From NCBI RefSeq assembly GCF_036321535.1, contig NC_087436.1, forward strand, positions 37,140,001-37,204,000: a stretch of 64,000 nt of DNA, read 5' to 3'. This document shows positions 35,101 to 50,100 of this stretch, in pieces. The notes below the pieces were generated by a model. It was not told the origin of the DNA, did no database searches, and saw only the letters and a program-made list of their open reading frames with translations. Source of the DNA: Camelus dromedarius. Taxonomy: Eukaryota. Position numbers and translations under genes: made by a program. The first letter of the stretch is position 1. Every line of letters begins with the position of its first letter.

Positions 35101-38100
35101 TAATCCTGTCACCCTGGCTTTTCCCCCCTTCTTGCTCATCTCATTTCTTTCTTAGTACAGTGATTTTTCAGTTTTTTTCCTTGCTCATCAGGGGACCCAT
35201 TATCACAGGAAATATTAGTGGGCCTGTACTGTGTCCCTCACATAAGACCTGAATTACTGTGCCTGGAGAGAGGAGGGAGGACTCTGCCCTTGGCCTTCGT
35301 CCTCCCCACCTTCCTTGAGGGCCTCCAAAAGCTTTTTGCAAAACCTGAGCCTCAGAAGAACCACACACAGAAATCCTTGTGTAGCTGCTCAGCCCCAGTG
35401 GTCTGCTTCACGATGCCTGGCTCCTGCTTCGCGGCACCGAGGGGTATTTAGGTGTCGATTTCATTGAACTGAAGGCAGATTTAAAGAGGATTTAGTTCTC
35501 CTCTGTGCCTTCAGGAAAGCTTCAGTTTAGAATGTTTCAGACTAGGTGAATGTTTTCTCGTCTTTCAATTTAGAGTATTGTTTCTGTGTTATTTTCCTGT
35601 GCTTCTAAATTCTGTGTCTAGAAAAGCAACCCTCCACTTGTGTTTTGGCTTAATTTTATTCATTTTATCTTGGCATACCTAGTCTTTGAAGGTAAAGAAC
35701 TTTTTCACTTAGAGCAAACAAACAGAAAAAGCCAAAGAAAATTACAGAGCTAGGAGAATTGAAGTTGAGAGTTAAAAGAGTGAATTACATGTTTTGGCCA
35801 TGTATTGTCTGAGTATATGTAATAATTCCCTTAGTACAGCGTTGGTGGCAGGGGCCCAGGGTAGTTGAGGATGAACTGAGGATGGGTGAAGGGAACAGTA
35901 GCTACTTAGGACTGGAATTAACCTGGGGAAGGTGCACCCACTGAACTTGAGGCTAGTGGGAATGACAGGAAGCAGGGACGTCCTCTTGTGAGTCCTGCAG
36001 GATCCCCTTTGTCCAGTGTGGACAGTTTTGTGAGGGCGGGTTCTGCCCTCGTGAGTCACGTCCTGTGATTTCACATCTGGTCCCTTACTACGGCTACGTG
36101 GCTTTGCTAGCTTTCATGATGACTCTAATCACATGGAATGTAGCGAGAGTATTTCCCAATTTCTAGAAAGCTCTCAAAAATACAGCCAGCAGGTATGTCT
36201 TCTTCCTGTTAGGAGCTGAGACTCTGAGGATACCTCTTTTTTTCCCGTGGTTCACTACGCTTCCTTCAGGCTCGGGGGTCAGATGTCCCTTCTTTTTACG
36301 ACAAATCCCTCCTGTCTCCTCTGTTCTTAACCTCTTCCCTGTTTTTAACTTCTCTATCTGCTAGCCACTTCTTCAGAGTCATAAACTGGATAAGGTATTT
36401 TTTAAAGTGTCTTTCTGAAAAGGATTTAAAAAAAAAGTCATTTGTAAAATAGGAGTTCACAGAGATGCTCTGCCTCCCAGTTCACCCTTCAGTGTCCTCC
36501 AGTCAGGCTTTTACCACCACCAAGGACCTCCTAGTTACAACTCCAGTGGGCCCCTTTTCATCGTCCCTCTCACTTGACTTCCCTGTGGTTTGGACACTGG
36601 CTTTTCTTCCTTTTCTCTTAGAACATTTCTTCTCCTTTGACTTCCATGCTGTCACCTTCTTTGGATTTTCCCTTTGCCTTTGGGAGGCTGTGGAGCATCA
36701 TAGTTAAGAGCCCACAGTCCCATAGCCTGTGTTCAAGTCCCGGCTCTGCTACTTGTCTTGCTTGCTGGTCATTGGGTGATTCACCAAACCTTTCTACGAC
36801 AGTGTGTCTTTTCATCTGTAAAATGCGGTTTCACTGAGAAGATCCACATGAAGCCCTGAGTATGGTGCCTGGCTCGTTGTTGCCCTCAGCTGATGTTAGT
36901 TGCCATTCTGTTTGTAGGTGACCTTCCCTTCTTCTCCAACTCTTCTTCCCACCCCATCAATATTGCCTTCATGAGCCTCCTCGCAGGACTCCAGTTTTGC
37001 CCTGGTAACAGACAATCCTGCTTCTCTTCCAGTACGTGGAGAAATGCAAAACCAGCCTTCCTTTCCCTATCAGAAAAAGGAGTCATCCTAAAAGGTTCCC
37101 TTCTGCCTTAGCCCTGTCTGTTCGTCTGTCTTTTTCTTTCCATTTCCACTGCTCCTGACTTAGATCAGGTCTTTTTTTTACCTTCTTTTTATATTTACTA
37201 GTTTTTAAAACAGGCTTCCTGTCTCCACAGATGCACAGTCCCTCCCGTTGTCCCTACTACTGCCCTAGTCATGTGACTGCAGGGTCAACATTGTTCCTCC
37301 CTGCTTAGGCGCTCTCCAAGGGCTTCCCGCCGCCTTTGGGCTGACAGCTGCTCTTCTTAGCAGGGCTTCCAGCCTGTGCTTGCCCCCCACTGTGACCTTT
37401 CCCTTGTTTGCTTTTCTGACCGACCTTACTGCTTGTTCCAGCCTGTTGAAATGCTTAACCCTTTGTCCAAAGTACAGCAAAGTTTCATTCTCCCACATTT
37501 TCCTGTGTGTTGAAATACCTGCCTGCCCTTCTCTGCTTTCCCGAACCTGCAAAGTCATAGGCAATTTTCAAGACGTTTGGGGAAGTTTTTCCCATTTCTT
37601 TCCCTTCCACTCTTCCCGTCTCAGTCCCTCCTGTATGTGCTCACGTCACGCTGATGAAATCTCCGTGTATATATACTCTACCGCACCTGATTATTTACAT
37701 GCCTGTCATTTTTTCTTGACTTAAGAGGTCATGACTTTTTCCTAATGGTTTGTACAATGCTTGGCATGTGGAAGGCATTCAAAAAAATGGTTGTTGAGTG
37801 AATAAATAAACAGACAGGTGAACTAATCATCCAAGTTCTCACATTAAGAAAATCTATGGTATTTATCCATTTTTATGATGATGTTGATGGTGTCTTCATC
37901 ATCGTTTTGAACTGGTTTTACTAAACAGAGAGAAACTGCAGTTTGACCTGAGAGAAATAACTTTGCTAACTCACACCAATTTTGAAGGGCCATCTTCTTA
38001 AATCTTACCAGTTTCTCTCCCAACCTATTGCTCCTTTTAATTATGTTGAACCTTGGGAAAGTGCTAGTACTCAGCCATTCAGTTTCAAGCAGCTCCAGCT

Positions 38101-41100
38101 TGATAGAACTAATGGCAGGGAGTTTATTGGCCAGTATGCATCTGTGCTTTTTAGGTAGGGTGGAAATGGAGACTAGCCTGGCTGTGGGTGGATTTCTAAG
38201 AGTTCTGAGCCCAATTCCAATGTAGGGGGTGGTTTCCGCACACCAACAGGCAATTCTTCTGCACCAGCTGGGTGTCCTGCAGTCCAACTCCATTCTGACA
38301 CTGTCTACCTGAGATAGTATCAGATCCCACAGTTTAAGGGCTCAGTCCTACAAGACTGCCTCCTTCATCTCCCCCCACATCCATTTCATTCAGATGCCAG
38401 TTTCAAGTCCAGATTGTCACCTGTGCTTCTGACTGGCTATAGATTGAAATTTCTAGTGAGCCCATCATTGTATTTGATTGTGCTAGAGTGGCTCACAGAA
38501 TTCAGAGAAACATTTTACTTACAGGGATCATTGGTTTATTATAAAAGGATGTAACTCAAGAACAGTCAGGTGGGAGAGATGCATAGAGCAAGATATATGG
38601 GAAGGGGTGTGGAACTTCCTCTCCATATCTCCATGTGTTCAACAGCCTGGAAGCTCTCCAGCCTTTTCTTTTTGGGTTTTTATGGAGGCTTCATTACATA
38701 GACATTATTGACTAAATCATTGGTTATTGTGAGTGAAGTCAATTTCCGGGTCCTCTCTCCTCCCTGAGGTGGGGGTGGGGGTATGGGACTGAAAGCTCCA
38801 ACCCTCTAATCACATGGTTGGTTCCCCTTACAAGCATCCTTAGATGCTTTCCAAAAGTCACTTTAGTAACATAAACTCAGATGTGTTTGAAGGGGGTTTG
38901 CTATGAATATTCAAGCTCTTATCATTAGGGAATTCCAAGGGTCTTAGGAGCTCTGTGCCAGAAATGGGGATGAAGACCAAATATGTATTTCTTATTATAA
39001 TCACAGAATCACATTTTCCCACTTAGTAGAATGAAGAGCTCTGGCTTAGTTTCGTGACCTCCCATGAGATAAGTAGGAGCGAGCACCCCTCCCCACCCCC
39101 CTTTCCTAGTTGACCACAGTCTTTTGTTTAGCTCAGGGCCCAGGGAGTGAAAGCTGCTACCAATCAACGCTCTGAGGCTGGGAAATCAAACTGGGAGACA
39201 CTTCTTCTCTTGTTTGTATACTTTTGGCTGCTATAGCAACACTAAGGTTTTCCTATACGTCGTCTCAAGGCTGACTCTGATGTTGTAATGGTCCAGTTCA
39301 CGTTTCAGATGGGGTTTCTATATCTTATCAAATGGTAATGTATTTAAAGTCTGAACACGATATAGAGCCAGTGGCTTGCTGTTTATGTGGATTGTCGTAT
39401 TAGCTGTGCTTGAATGATACCACTGTTTTTCCTGTGCCAGGTTCTCAGAGGCACTGTGACGAGCTTCCCCGGATTTGATGAGCGGGCTGATGCGGAAACT
39501 CTTCGGAAGGCCATGAAGGGCCTGGGTAAATTCAGCCTTCTTTTTGTTCTAAAAAAAAATGTGACTTTTGTTTTTCTGAACAAAAGTCATTCTTTTGTAG
39601 TAAAATTACTTTTAGAATATTTTGATTTGAAATGTATGTAGACAGAAAAGTTACCTTAAGATAGCAAAACGATGACTGGCCACCTCCAGTCTTCATTGTC
39701 TAGAACCGAACGGGAGTGCAGTTCAGCCTCTGTTTTTTTTAGCTGTTCCACTTTGTCTGTGTGATTGAGTGGCTGATTGAGTAGATAAGTGGACATTCCT
39801 GAGAGTGATCAGCTGTGCAGCATTTCTCTCTCATTGCGCAGTCACATAGCAGTTCTGTAGGATTCTTCTCTCCAGCTGTCTTCTCTTTCCTCGCTCTCCT
39901 TTCTAGCCACTTAACTCATCATGAGGATTTCCATCTATAACTAACTGATCCCGTTGTCGTCCGGCCCCCTCTGTACTCATGTCCATGTGAAGGGATCCAC
40001 CTTCCTCAAACTTGGCTCTGACCCCGTCACTCTCCATTTTGAACATTGTGTGAGATTTCCTGTTGTAGCAGGGTTAGGTGCAGCTTTCTGGCCGTGCAAG
40101 GCCTTCCCTGTATCGCCTGTGTCCTCTGATCCAGCCATGCCGGCTGATCTGCTGTTCAGGAAAACCCTGTATTTTCCTGCTGCTGACCTTTTCCCCAGTT
40201 CTAAAAGCCTGTCTTCCTTCCCTATGTCGTCACTGCCTGTTGCAGTCTTTTCATTCTTCAAGATGGTTTTGGATGTCACCTTCTCCATGAAGCTTTCCCC
40301 TGGACTCTGTTCCACCTCCTATCAGCTAAGAGAACCTCCTTTGAACCCTGTTTAGCACCTGGACCTCTCTTGATGCACTTGTCCCATTCTGTCTTACCTC
40401 ACAGTTATTTGTATTTTTGTATTTTTACCCTAAATTGCCAGTAACTTGAAACCTGGGTCTATATCTTTCTCCCCTCAATTCCCTGTAACACCCAACACAC
40501 TGTGCCTTGTGAATAGCTGTTATATGAGAAACTTTTAGTTGCAAGAAAAGCTAGATGCACTGTTTCTAAAAAGTCAGGAGGATTTTTGCATTTACTTCAC
40601 AATGTATGGGGCTAGTATGTATTATTGGAAATGATAACATTTTGTAATTGTTAATTTTAAAGTTTAATAAATTATGTAATAGAATATATTTTGTGAGGTA
40701 AGGAATTAATGGAGATCTGGTTACACAGGTTACTGAGAGAGTGGGATGTAGGGGCTGAGATGTAACAGTTCGAACATAAATTGCAGGCACTGATGAGGAG
40801 AGCATCCTGACCCTGTTGACATCCCGCAGTAACGCTCAACGCCAGGAAATCGCTGTGGCTTTTAAAACTCTCTTTGGCAGGGTAAGAGCACACTTCATCC
40901 CAAGGTCAAATGTGAGAGCAGCTTTATCTTTTAAGACGAGTTTGAAATCTAATATGCTTTCATAAATATCATTTATTTTATGATTCTGACTTTCCTATTC
41001 CTCCTTTCTTTTCCAGTCTCTTGGTTACTGGATGTTGGTTTATAATGCTCACCCAACTTATCCTCATGTGATTGTTTTTCCTGGCTTGACAGTCTAGAGG

Positions 41101-44100
41101 TGCTGGAAGATCCCATGGGGATAACTGCCCTTTCCTTCTGTGCTTCCCACTCAGGACTGTTGTGTTATCTGTTTTCCAGGTGTAAACCTGCATTGCAGTA
41201 TGTTTTGTTATGACACAGCACCTGCATGTGTCTTGATTCCTTTTGGAGTGGTGTTTTAATAAATGAATTTTTAAATCATTGATTTAAATGCTCTTATTCG
41301 ATAAATAATTGAAAGTGAAAATTAAATTTTTTACTAAATGAATTAGTACAGACATGAAAAATTTAAATATAGTTTTGTTATTCTGAAAATTTGTGTTTGT
41401 TATTTTGAGAAACAAGTGCAAAGAAAGAACAGAAATTATTTTAAGCACAATTCCTAGTTGTCTTTGTGCTGAAACTGAAATGGATAAGAAATACTGCTTT
41501 TCTCCATAATTTTACACACAGTTTCCCCATGGCAGCTGTCCCGCAGTAGTCAGGAGCGCAGTAATGAACGTAATCCGTTATGTGCGTGTTAGACTATCAT
41601 TAGATGTGGAGAGAAAGGAAGACATTGTTTTGTTTAGGTGTGATAGGCCAGATTTTGTCCCTTCTAAAAATGCATTTATGAGTTTTTTTGAGGAAGTTTT
41701 TTTTTTAAGATACACGTTTCTCAGAACAGTGTTTTTAAAATAAAAATTTTTAACCTATTTTTAAAGTATTTTTTTAAAACTCTTGAGATAAAGAAAAACA
41801 TCTCTTAAAAACAGGTACCTTGACACTTGAATGGGTTTGCTTTAGCTTAAGCTTTGGGTCAGATGTCCACAGTACGTTGTTCGGAGCTTCCGCATGTGGT
41901 TTAGCTTACTGTCTTACTTCTGCTGGGAGATAGCAAGGTAAAGAATTCATTAGAATAAAGGGCTGTCTCTCATTTTTTAAAAGAATCTCCTTAAATTTAT
42001 GCCTGGTTAACAAATTTATATTTTTTTTGTGTTAGGACCTTTTGGATGACCTGAAATCAGAACTGACTGGAAAATTTGAAAAATTAATCGTGGCTCTGAT
42101 GAAACCCTCTCGGCTTTATGATGCCTATGAACTGAAGCATGCTCTTAAGGTAAAAGGAGGAGTGCAAGGAACATTCCTATCATGTATCATATTATTTTGT
42201 GTTGGTAATTACTTCATTGTATTTTTTTTTTATATTAAAAAAATGAATTTTTTAGTGAGGGTTTCTTGGAGGACAAAACTGTAGGAGGCAATAAGAAAAA
42301 AAGAAGGGAAAAAAAAAAGGTGGGAGAAAATGAATAGAGTGTCATTTAATCTCTTTGTACAGTTAATAATAGTGGGTATTTAAAATTTTAATATATTTGA
42401 CAGCCTTTTATATTCTATTTTCATGCTCGTTTTCTCATTTTGAGATGTGTTTTTAAAATGTTACAGATTAGATACTTTATCTTTTAGTATAGAGGAGCCT
42501 GAGTAGGAAACAATAATATTGTCAATCATTTTAGATTAAAAAAATTAAGCTTCAGAGAGAATTTTGATATAAGATAGATTTTCTTCTTTCTTTTTGATAC
42601 TTCTAAACACTTTCCTTTTCTGAACCCTTTTCCCTTTCCTTCTTTCCTGTATTTCTAAACACTAAAATGAAATAGCTGGTAAACTTGATATAATTTCACT
42701 GTAGCAAATAACTGAATACATATTCCCTTGCCTGGTGTTTGGAATGTTGTATAAATATGACCATGCTGAATCATTTGTTTAGACTTATGGGACGGAATAG
42801 TTCAGTCATTAGTAGTTAGGTTTTGAATGGGCAAATTGAAATTTAGCAACAAGGAGGTTAATGTAGCTCAGGTGGCGGGAAGAGGGGCTTTATCAAGTTA
42901 GGAACCTTTCTGTGCTTCTTCTCTTCATTTTCCTGCAGTGATTCTTTGGAATGAACAAAATCTTTGGTTATTGGAAATGAGCACTTTTGCAGCCTTCTGA
43001 AATGTTAGCAGTAGCTGAAATTCTGCCAGAGCATAAACCTAGTTTTTTCAGTGCTTGATTTTTGGTAAAGAAACAGAAATATAAAGAGAATAAGGCTGTC
43101 TTTTAAATTAAGTTCTGCTGTGTCATTGCTTTTGTCTTCTAATTCAGCAGTGTAGATGTGACTTTATAATCAGAAAAAGGAAAACCAGTTAAAATTATTT
43201 TTCAAAAATTCAGAAAGCAAGTCACAATTCCTTTATACTGACCCCAAAACTGATTTCCTAATAGCTAAGTGATGCTGTGTTTATTGTTACCTTTGCTGCA
43301 GAATTTTCCTGTGGATCTATAGAGAACTTAATTTGGAGACAGGGGTGTTTATATTTTGAGGTGTATATTAAGTATCAGTGCACCTCCAAGTAAATTTATG
43401 TAAAGTTTTCATTTTTACTATTTAGCCTTTTTATTTATTTCCTGTTTCATTAAAATGTTTTACTTTTAAAAAAAATTTAGTTCTTATGTTTTTTTCTTGG
43501 GGAGGGAGGGTAATTAGGTTTATTTATTTATTTATTTAATGGAGGTACTGGGGATTGGACCCAGGACCTCATGCATGCTAAGCATAGACTCTACCACTGA
43601 GCTGCACCCTCCCCCCTAAAATGTTTTACTTTTAAACCATTTAGAATTAAATTGATAAAATTATAAATTTATATATGTTATATGCTATATATATGTATAC
43701 ACATACATACATGCAATAAACATTTTTTTCATTAGACCAAAAAAGGGATAAAATTGTCTTTGGAAAGAAAATTAATTTGACATTTTTTATTTCTACAACT
43801 GCTAGAACTCATAGAATAGGAAGTGAATGTTTAAGATTATATTTTCAAATACAATGATGCTACGCTCCATTTTAAAAATTTATGGTTATGTTTCATCTTC
43901 AAAATAACATTGCCTATATTGTTGGGCTCTATCATTACAGTAATCAGAAGACCCCACAACTGCCTGTTAGATAACTAAGAGATTTAGGATTAAGCCTTTA
44001 TCAAACTCTTTGAAATTTATAATTCATAAAAATTGTTTAGGAAGTAAAAGACATCTCACAATCTTTGAATTTCCTAAAGTACCACACTTGACAATATGTG

Positions 44101-47100
44101 GGGACCTCGGAAAGTAGATGTTCACTTTCATCCTTAGCTTTTTATCTTTCACTCAGGAATAAAACCCTCCATAAAATAAACCCCACAATAAGTGCAGCGT
44201 CCACTACCATTCATAGACGGTGCAGTATGTAAACAACAACATGTTGGAAAATAAACAAAGCTGCCTTTTACTTCTGTTGTCCTTCAATATGGATAAAGTA
44301 AACACGTTTTCTGTGGAAAGAAAAATAAAGCATCCTTTGTCAAAGTAGGAAAAAAAGTGAATGTTATGTTGGGTAATATTTATATATTTATGCAATTTGG
44401 GTAACACCCAGGAAAATCACTTTCTTTTTAATCTTAATTGACGTTTTTTTTCCTACTAAAAATCAATCTCCAAACAGGGAGCTGGGACAGATGAAAAAGT
44501 CCTGACAGAAATTATTGCTTCAAGGACACCTGAAGAACTGAGAGCCATAAAACAAGTTTATGAAGAAGGTACATGTTTTGAATTACATTTCCCTTCATTG
44601 CCACTGTCACTTTCATTTCTCTAAAGTGAATGCAGTTCCTTATAGTTACAGGAGGCAGGCCACACATGATTTCCGTATGAATGAATGACTGAATAAGCAA
44701 CAATTCAAGCTAGTTTTCTCCTTCTGTAGGGAAAAGGGCTGCCTTTTACTATACCTGTAACTATTTTAGTATTTATAAGAAGCTTCTGTTGAGGATGGAA
44801 TTTATTTTCACATAGGATTTGCAGCTAGCATAGGGATATACAGATTGTCATTCTTCTGCATTAAGTTTAAGATGTAAGTTGTTTTTCTTCCTTAAAAAAT
44901 TCAATTTTATGTTAGTGGAAGTTATGAGCTGTCTAAAAGGAAAAACCTTGTTCAAGTCAGAGTTGATAATACATGAGTAAATGTATCTCGTTTTAGCTGA
45001 TGGCAATGCTTGAATACTCTGCATTTTGATTTTTCTTTCTGTTGTCTTTTCTTTTTTATTTCTAATTTTTTTGTGGGTGGGGGGGAAGCCTGTATTTCAG
45101 TCAGAAGCATATCCTGTGAATGGAGCCAAGAAAATGAAATAGGAAGTAAAGGTGGAGAGTTCTTTTCTCATCGGATTTCATGTAGAAGACTCTCCCTCTC
45201 AGCTGACTGAGGAGGATCAGACCTTCCAGATTGTCACCTCCAAGCATAGTGGCTGCAGTGAGGAAAATGGGTCCCTGTCTTGGCATTAGTCTGTTAATCT
45301 TAAAAATGACATTGTAACCTAGCCAGTGAGAACAGTGTGAAATTTACCGCAGCTAAATAATTTACCTTTGAAGTGCTGGATCTTTCTTTCCTGCTCCTCT
45401 TTTTACACTTGGATAGGTGCCCACCACTAAGGCAGAGGGAATACATGTATCTCAGTTGCAGCTGGTCACCCTTGAGTTTCTAATTTTCAGATATCTCTTT
45501 CTGGGGATGTTGACATTGCTGAGTGAGCCTTTGTGCTGCTGGGTGACAAATGGGGTGCCTCAGGTATAATAACTGCTTATGGCCCACCCAGCCAGCTGTG
45601 TTATTGTGCACTCGCTGTGTGTCCGGCAGTGTACTGGCTGTCATGAAATGACGCAAAAGATGTACATAACATAGCTCCTGTCCTCGGGAGTTTGCAATCT
45701 ATCTAGGGATGACATGACTGAGAAAAACTGCAGTTAAAGGATAGTAAAAGTCAAACACAAAAAATGCAAAATTCATTCAGAGAAGAGAGGTCATCATGGC
45801 TTTGGATGTTAGGAGGGGGCTTCACGGTGCGTTCAGACACTGAGCGAGGGCTTCAAGACCAGATGGGTTTTGGGTGGATGACAAAGGCATTTTTGGTCAA
45901 GGTGCATCCACTGTCTGCCATGGCACGGAAACCGGACTGAGAAAAGTACGTTGAGGGAGGGTACGTGCATGTCCATTCTGGAGATGAACTGACTAGCGCA
46001 GTTAGGCTCTGTTACAGGTGGATTTGTAAGACTGGATTAGAAGTTTGGACTTGACTCAGAGGCTCCTTGATTGTAAGCTCCTGAGTGGGCAGTGGAGTAT
46101 TGAAGGGATAGTTGAGGGAGTGAGGAGATTTGAATCAAGAGGCTGATTAGGTAGCTGGGTGGTGGGGGAGGTAAGCTTTGCAGGTATGGCTCAGCCTAGG
46201 TTGGTGGGAGGTAGGAGGCGCATACATCAGAGAGAGGAGGAATATTTGAAAAGATTTGATGGTTAATTATATATAGGCATTGGAGCAGAGGGAGGAATAA
46301 ATAATTCCTTCAAAGTCTTGTATTTGGGTAACTGACTGAAATAAATATGTAACTCTTTTGGAACTTTAAAAATAGAAGTTTCAAATAAAGTTTATCTCCT
46401 TTCAGATAATGGTGAAATATTTAAATGCCTTAGAGCATTTGATCCTTCAACAGCAGCTGTTTGAAAGTTACAGGGCAGTGCCTGTAACTCTTACAGATCC
46501 TGCTTCTCCCCTTTGCTGTGGCTTCACACTGAATGGTGGGAAGGGCATATTTTAAAATAGCTCTGCTGCCTCTCAGAGTTAACTTTATTTGTTGCAGAGG
46601 AAAAAAATATCTTATTAGGGGAAGCAATGGCCATGCCCCAATGAAAGAAATATTAGAATATTAGATATCAGAATATTAGAGAAATACCTTTGGAGGGGAA
46701 TCATGTAAAACAGTTGAAAGAAAGCAAAACAAAGTTTAAAATTATGATCGATTGTATTTTAGAGGCTTTCCAGTACCATCATGTGTCTGTAGACTAATAA
46801 CTACATTGGCTGAGAGCATTTCTAAACGGCTGAGTCATCATTTAAGTTTCAGTCGAGTGCTTTTGGGAGACTTCGTTTTCACCTAGCCACTCACTTAAAG
46901 CGTTTGCCTTCAGTCTTTAAAGCCCTTAGAAAAAGATGAACATTTATGCTAATCAAATATTTCTTCCTTTATGTCTCTTCTATTTGATTATTGAGACAGG
47001 ATGTCTTTCTAGTTGAAAGAAGCTGTAAATAAGTGTGGAATTATTCTGTTGCAGAATATGGCTCAAGCCTGGAAGATGACGTGGTGGGGGATACTTCAGG

Positions 47101-50100
47101 GTACTACCAGAGGATGTTGGTGGTCCTCCTTCAGGTATTGGGTGGAGACTATTTATGGTTTGATTAAAAAACTCTGAAGCTGGACTGATCTGAATCTAGT
47201 TAAGTAAGGTCATTTAAAATTCTTTTAATTATTTCTGGTACTTGCTTGATTCTGGCTTTGTGGTGCCTGTGTTTGTGTTTCAGAATATCTGACCTGAACT
47301 CTTCATAGCTAACTCATAGTGTTTTTGTTTGTTTGCTTGTTTGTTTGGATGTCACTTTCCTCTTTTGTTCATAGAATTTAAAATCAAGAGGGTCAGTTTG
47401 GTTTTGGACAGTGCTTGTGTGATATTGTAGGACTGATAAGGTCTGATATGGTACTTTATCTCTTGTAGGCTAATAGAGACCCTGATGCTGGAATTGACGA
47501 AGCACAGGTTGAACAAGATGCTCAGGTGGGTGAGACTTACTATGTGATGACTTGCTTATGACATATTGAATCATATGTCATTGAATGAAAAAAAGAATCC
47601 ATGCTTATGCTAATGAAAAATACATATTTATATATTATATATGTAGTATATAATATTATATAATATATAATGGCATCTAAAAATAACTTGGTGGGTCCTT
47701 TACAAATCATAAGACCCATGTAGGTCGATTTCTCACATTTTGATATGGCCAAAAAATATTTTATCCCAAAGCTGAAATGAAATAAAATAAATTATATGGA
47801 TAGTGAGTTCCACCTAGATGTTATTTTTTTCTGTGGTTGTGGAACAGTCACAAAGTAGAGAATTTTACCAGAAAAACAGGTAAATTCTTCTGCCAATGAG
47901 CCAGTCAGTCTCTTGGCAGAGAAGGATATAGAAGAAAGAGTAAAGTATTTTAGTGATAAATTGTGATTTATCACATAATAGATGAAGTTAATTGTAGGAT
48001 TTGAAAATTCCTCCACCTTTCCTCTGGTAGAATTCTAAATAGGATTGTTCTTTTTGTCAGCTGCTCTTTAGTGACTCCCAAATGAAATTTTGTACTGAAA
48101 TGGCTTTTCAATCCCATTATAGTCTCAGTATGGTTTATAAAGTAATCAAATGTAGGAAACAAGTATTAGGAAATTTGAAACGAGGAACTTGAAAACTGGA
48201 GATTGATAATAAAGAAATTACTCGGGTTCCTGCAATCACATATCGTAGTCCTGTCTTTCTGGTCACATGGTTCAAATACAGGAGGTATTGTGGGTTCGGC
48301 TCCAGACTATGCAATAAAGTATATATCACAATAAAGTGGATCACATGAAGTTGTTTGGTTTCTCAATGTATATATAAATTAATGTTTACACTTACTGTTT
48401 ATACTTACAATATTTATATAATTACATCGTTGAAAGGGGAAAAGCCGTATTCTCTCCTCCAACTGACTGTTCTCTCTGAAGAAGCCATTGGGTGTGTGAA
48501 CTGACTTTGCTAATAGGAGAAAGGAGGGCCTTATTCTTCTTTTCAGGAGGTTGATTTCCTAATGGCTGTGGGATGCCGGCATTTCTTTGTGTAGCTGGAG
48601 AGGGAAGAGGCGAGGAAACAGAATGTTTGCTGAGGGCCGTCTGCAGTGTTTGATGCTTGCCTCACTATCCCTTAAAAAATGCAAACCTATTGTGTCCCAT
48701 CCCTGCTTAAAATCTTAAAACCCTTCCGTGGATCTCATTGTCCTCAGGGGAAACCTCAAGTGTGGTTTTTAAGCCTCCTTGTTTCCTGTCCCTTGCTTGC
48801 TTATGCCTCCAACCTCTCTCTTACTTGCTCTTTCTCCTCCCGCCCCTTCCTCCGCCCACTCGCCTAATTCCTCTTCAAGGGTCTGTCCTCAGATAGGCTG
48901 CTTTTCAGGGTGCCCTGCCTGACCCCCCTAGGTGTGTGTCAGGTGCTCCTTACGAGGAGGACTGTAGCATCTCAAGCTTCCTGTCCCAGTGCTGGCCACC
49001 TGATACTGAAGCTGCCTGTTCACTTGACACCCACCCAGGGCGCCCTGAGCCGTCAGTTCAGTTAGCCTAGCATATTGGCAGCACTCAGTAAATAACTCAG
49101 GAGTGAGTTAGTGTCTAACTCTAAAGTAGAGGGGATCGTTTCAGTTTTTACAGATGAGGAAACGGAGGCTCAGGGATTCAAGAAACAAGCCCATGGTCCC
49201 CACTGAGTGGTGGTGGAGCCTGGGGTTCCTGCCTGCACCTGTCCAACCTCAAAGCCCTCTCTCTTAAACTAGATGACAGGCTCCGTGTTCTTCCCTGTTA
49301 GCTCCTTTCTCACTTTCTCTACTGTAAAACCCGTCTATTAAGTATAGATTGGAAGGAAGGAGCTAGCTTAACCCCGCCTTCTTAAGGGGCAGGGCCAAGG
49401 CTGCCTGCAGACCCACACTCCCTGCTGTTAGGGGCTTTGCTCATTGCTGAGACCACCTCGGTACTTTCCCAGCATTCATTGTCTGTAGGTCTGGAGGTGA
49501 CCGTGCTGGTTCTCACATTCCTCCTCTCAGGAGTAGGGGTCATGGTCACAGGGAAAGAAGCCAGCTTTAATAATCTCAGATGACTGTGGTGAGGCCTCCA
49601 TTAGTGGGCGGTGGGTCGATTTCCCAGCACAACTGGTGGTGTAATGAGATCGCTGCTGCCCTGTGAGCAGGAACAGTACATCTTTATCTCGTTTCCATTG
49701 ATGTCTCTGCTCGGAGCACTCACTCTGAGAAGCAGTGCTTCTCAGACTTTTCTGTGCAGGTTGTGACTCAGGAGGTCTGGGTGGGATCTGGGATCGTATT
49801 TCTGACAGGCTCTCAGGTGACGTCCATGCTGGTCAAGGGACTGCACTTTGAGGTCAGGCTGTGTAAGCATCACTTAGCTCTCCTGCAGGGATGTGACCAT
49901 CCGGGACCCTGAACGGAAAGCTTTGTACATCTGAAAACTGACTTACAAAGTTACTTTAAAATATCCCTGAAACAGTATCCAGGCTCTCCTTACCTTTTCA
50001 GTGACCAGGAACAACACAGCATACAGTCTTTGATTTGTAAAAATGTATTTTTATTAATTAATTCAGCCTGTTGAAAATGATCCTTTCAGCATTATAAAAA

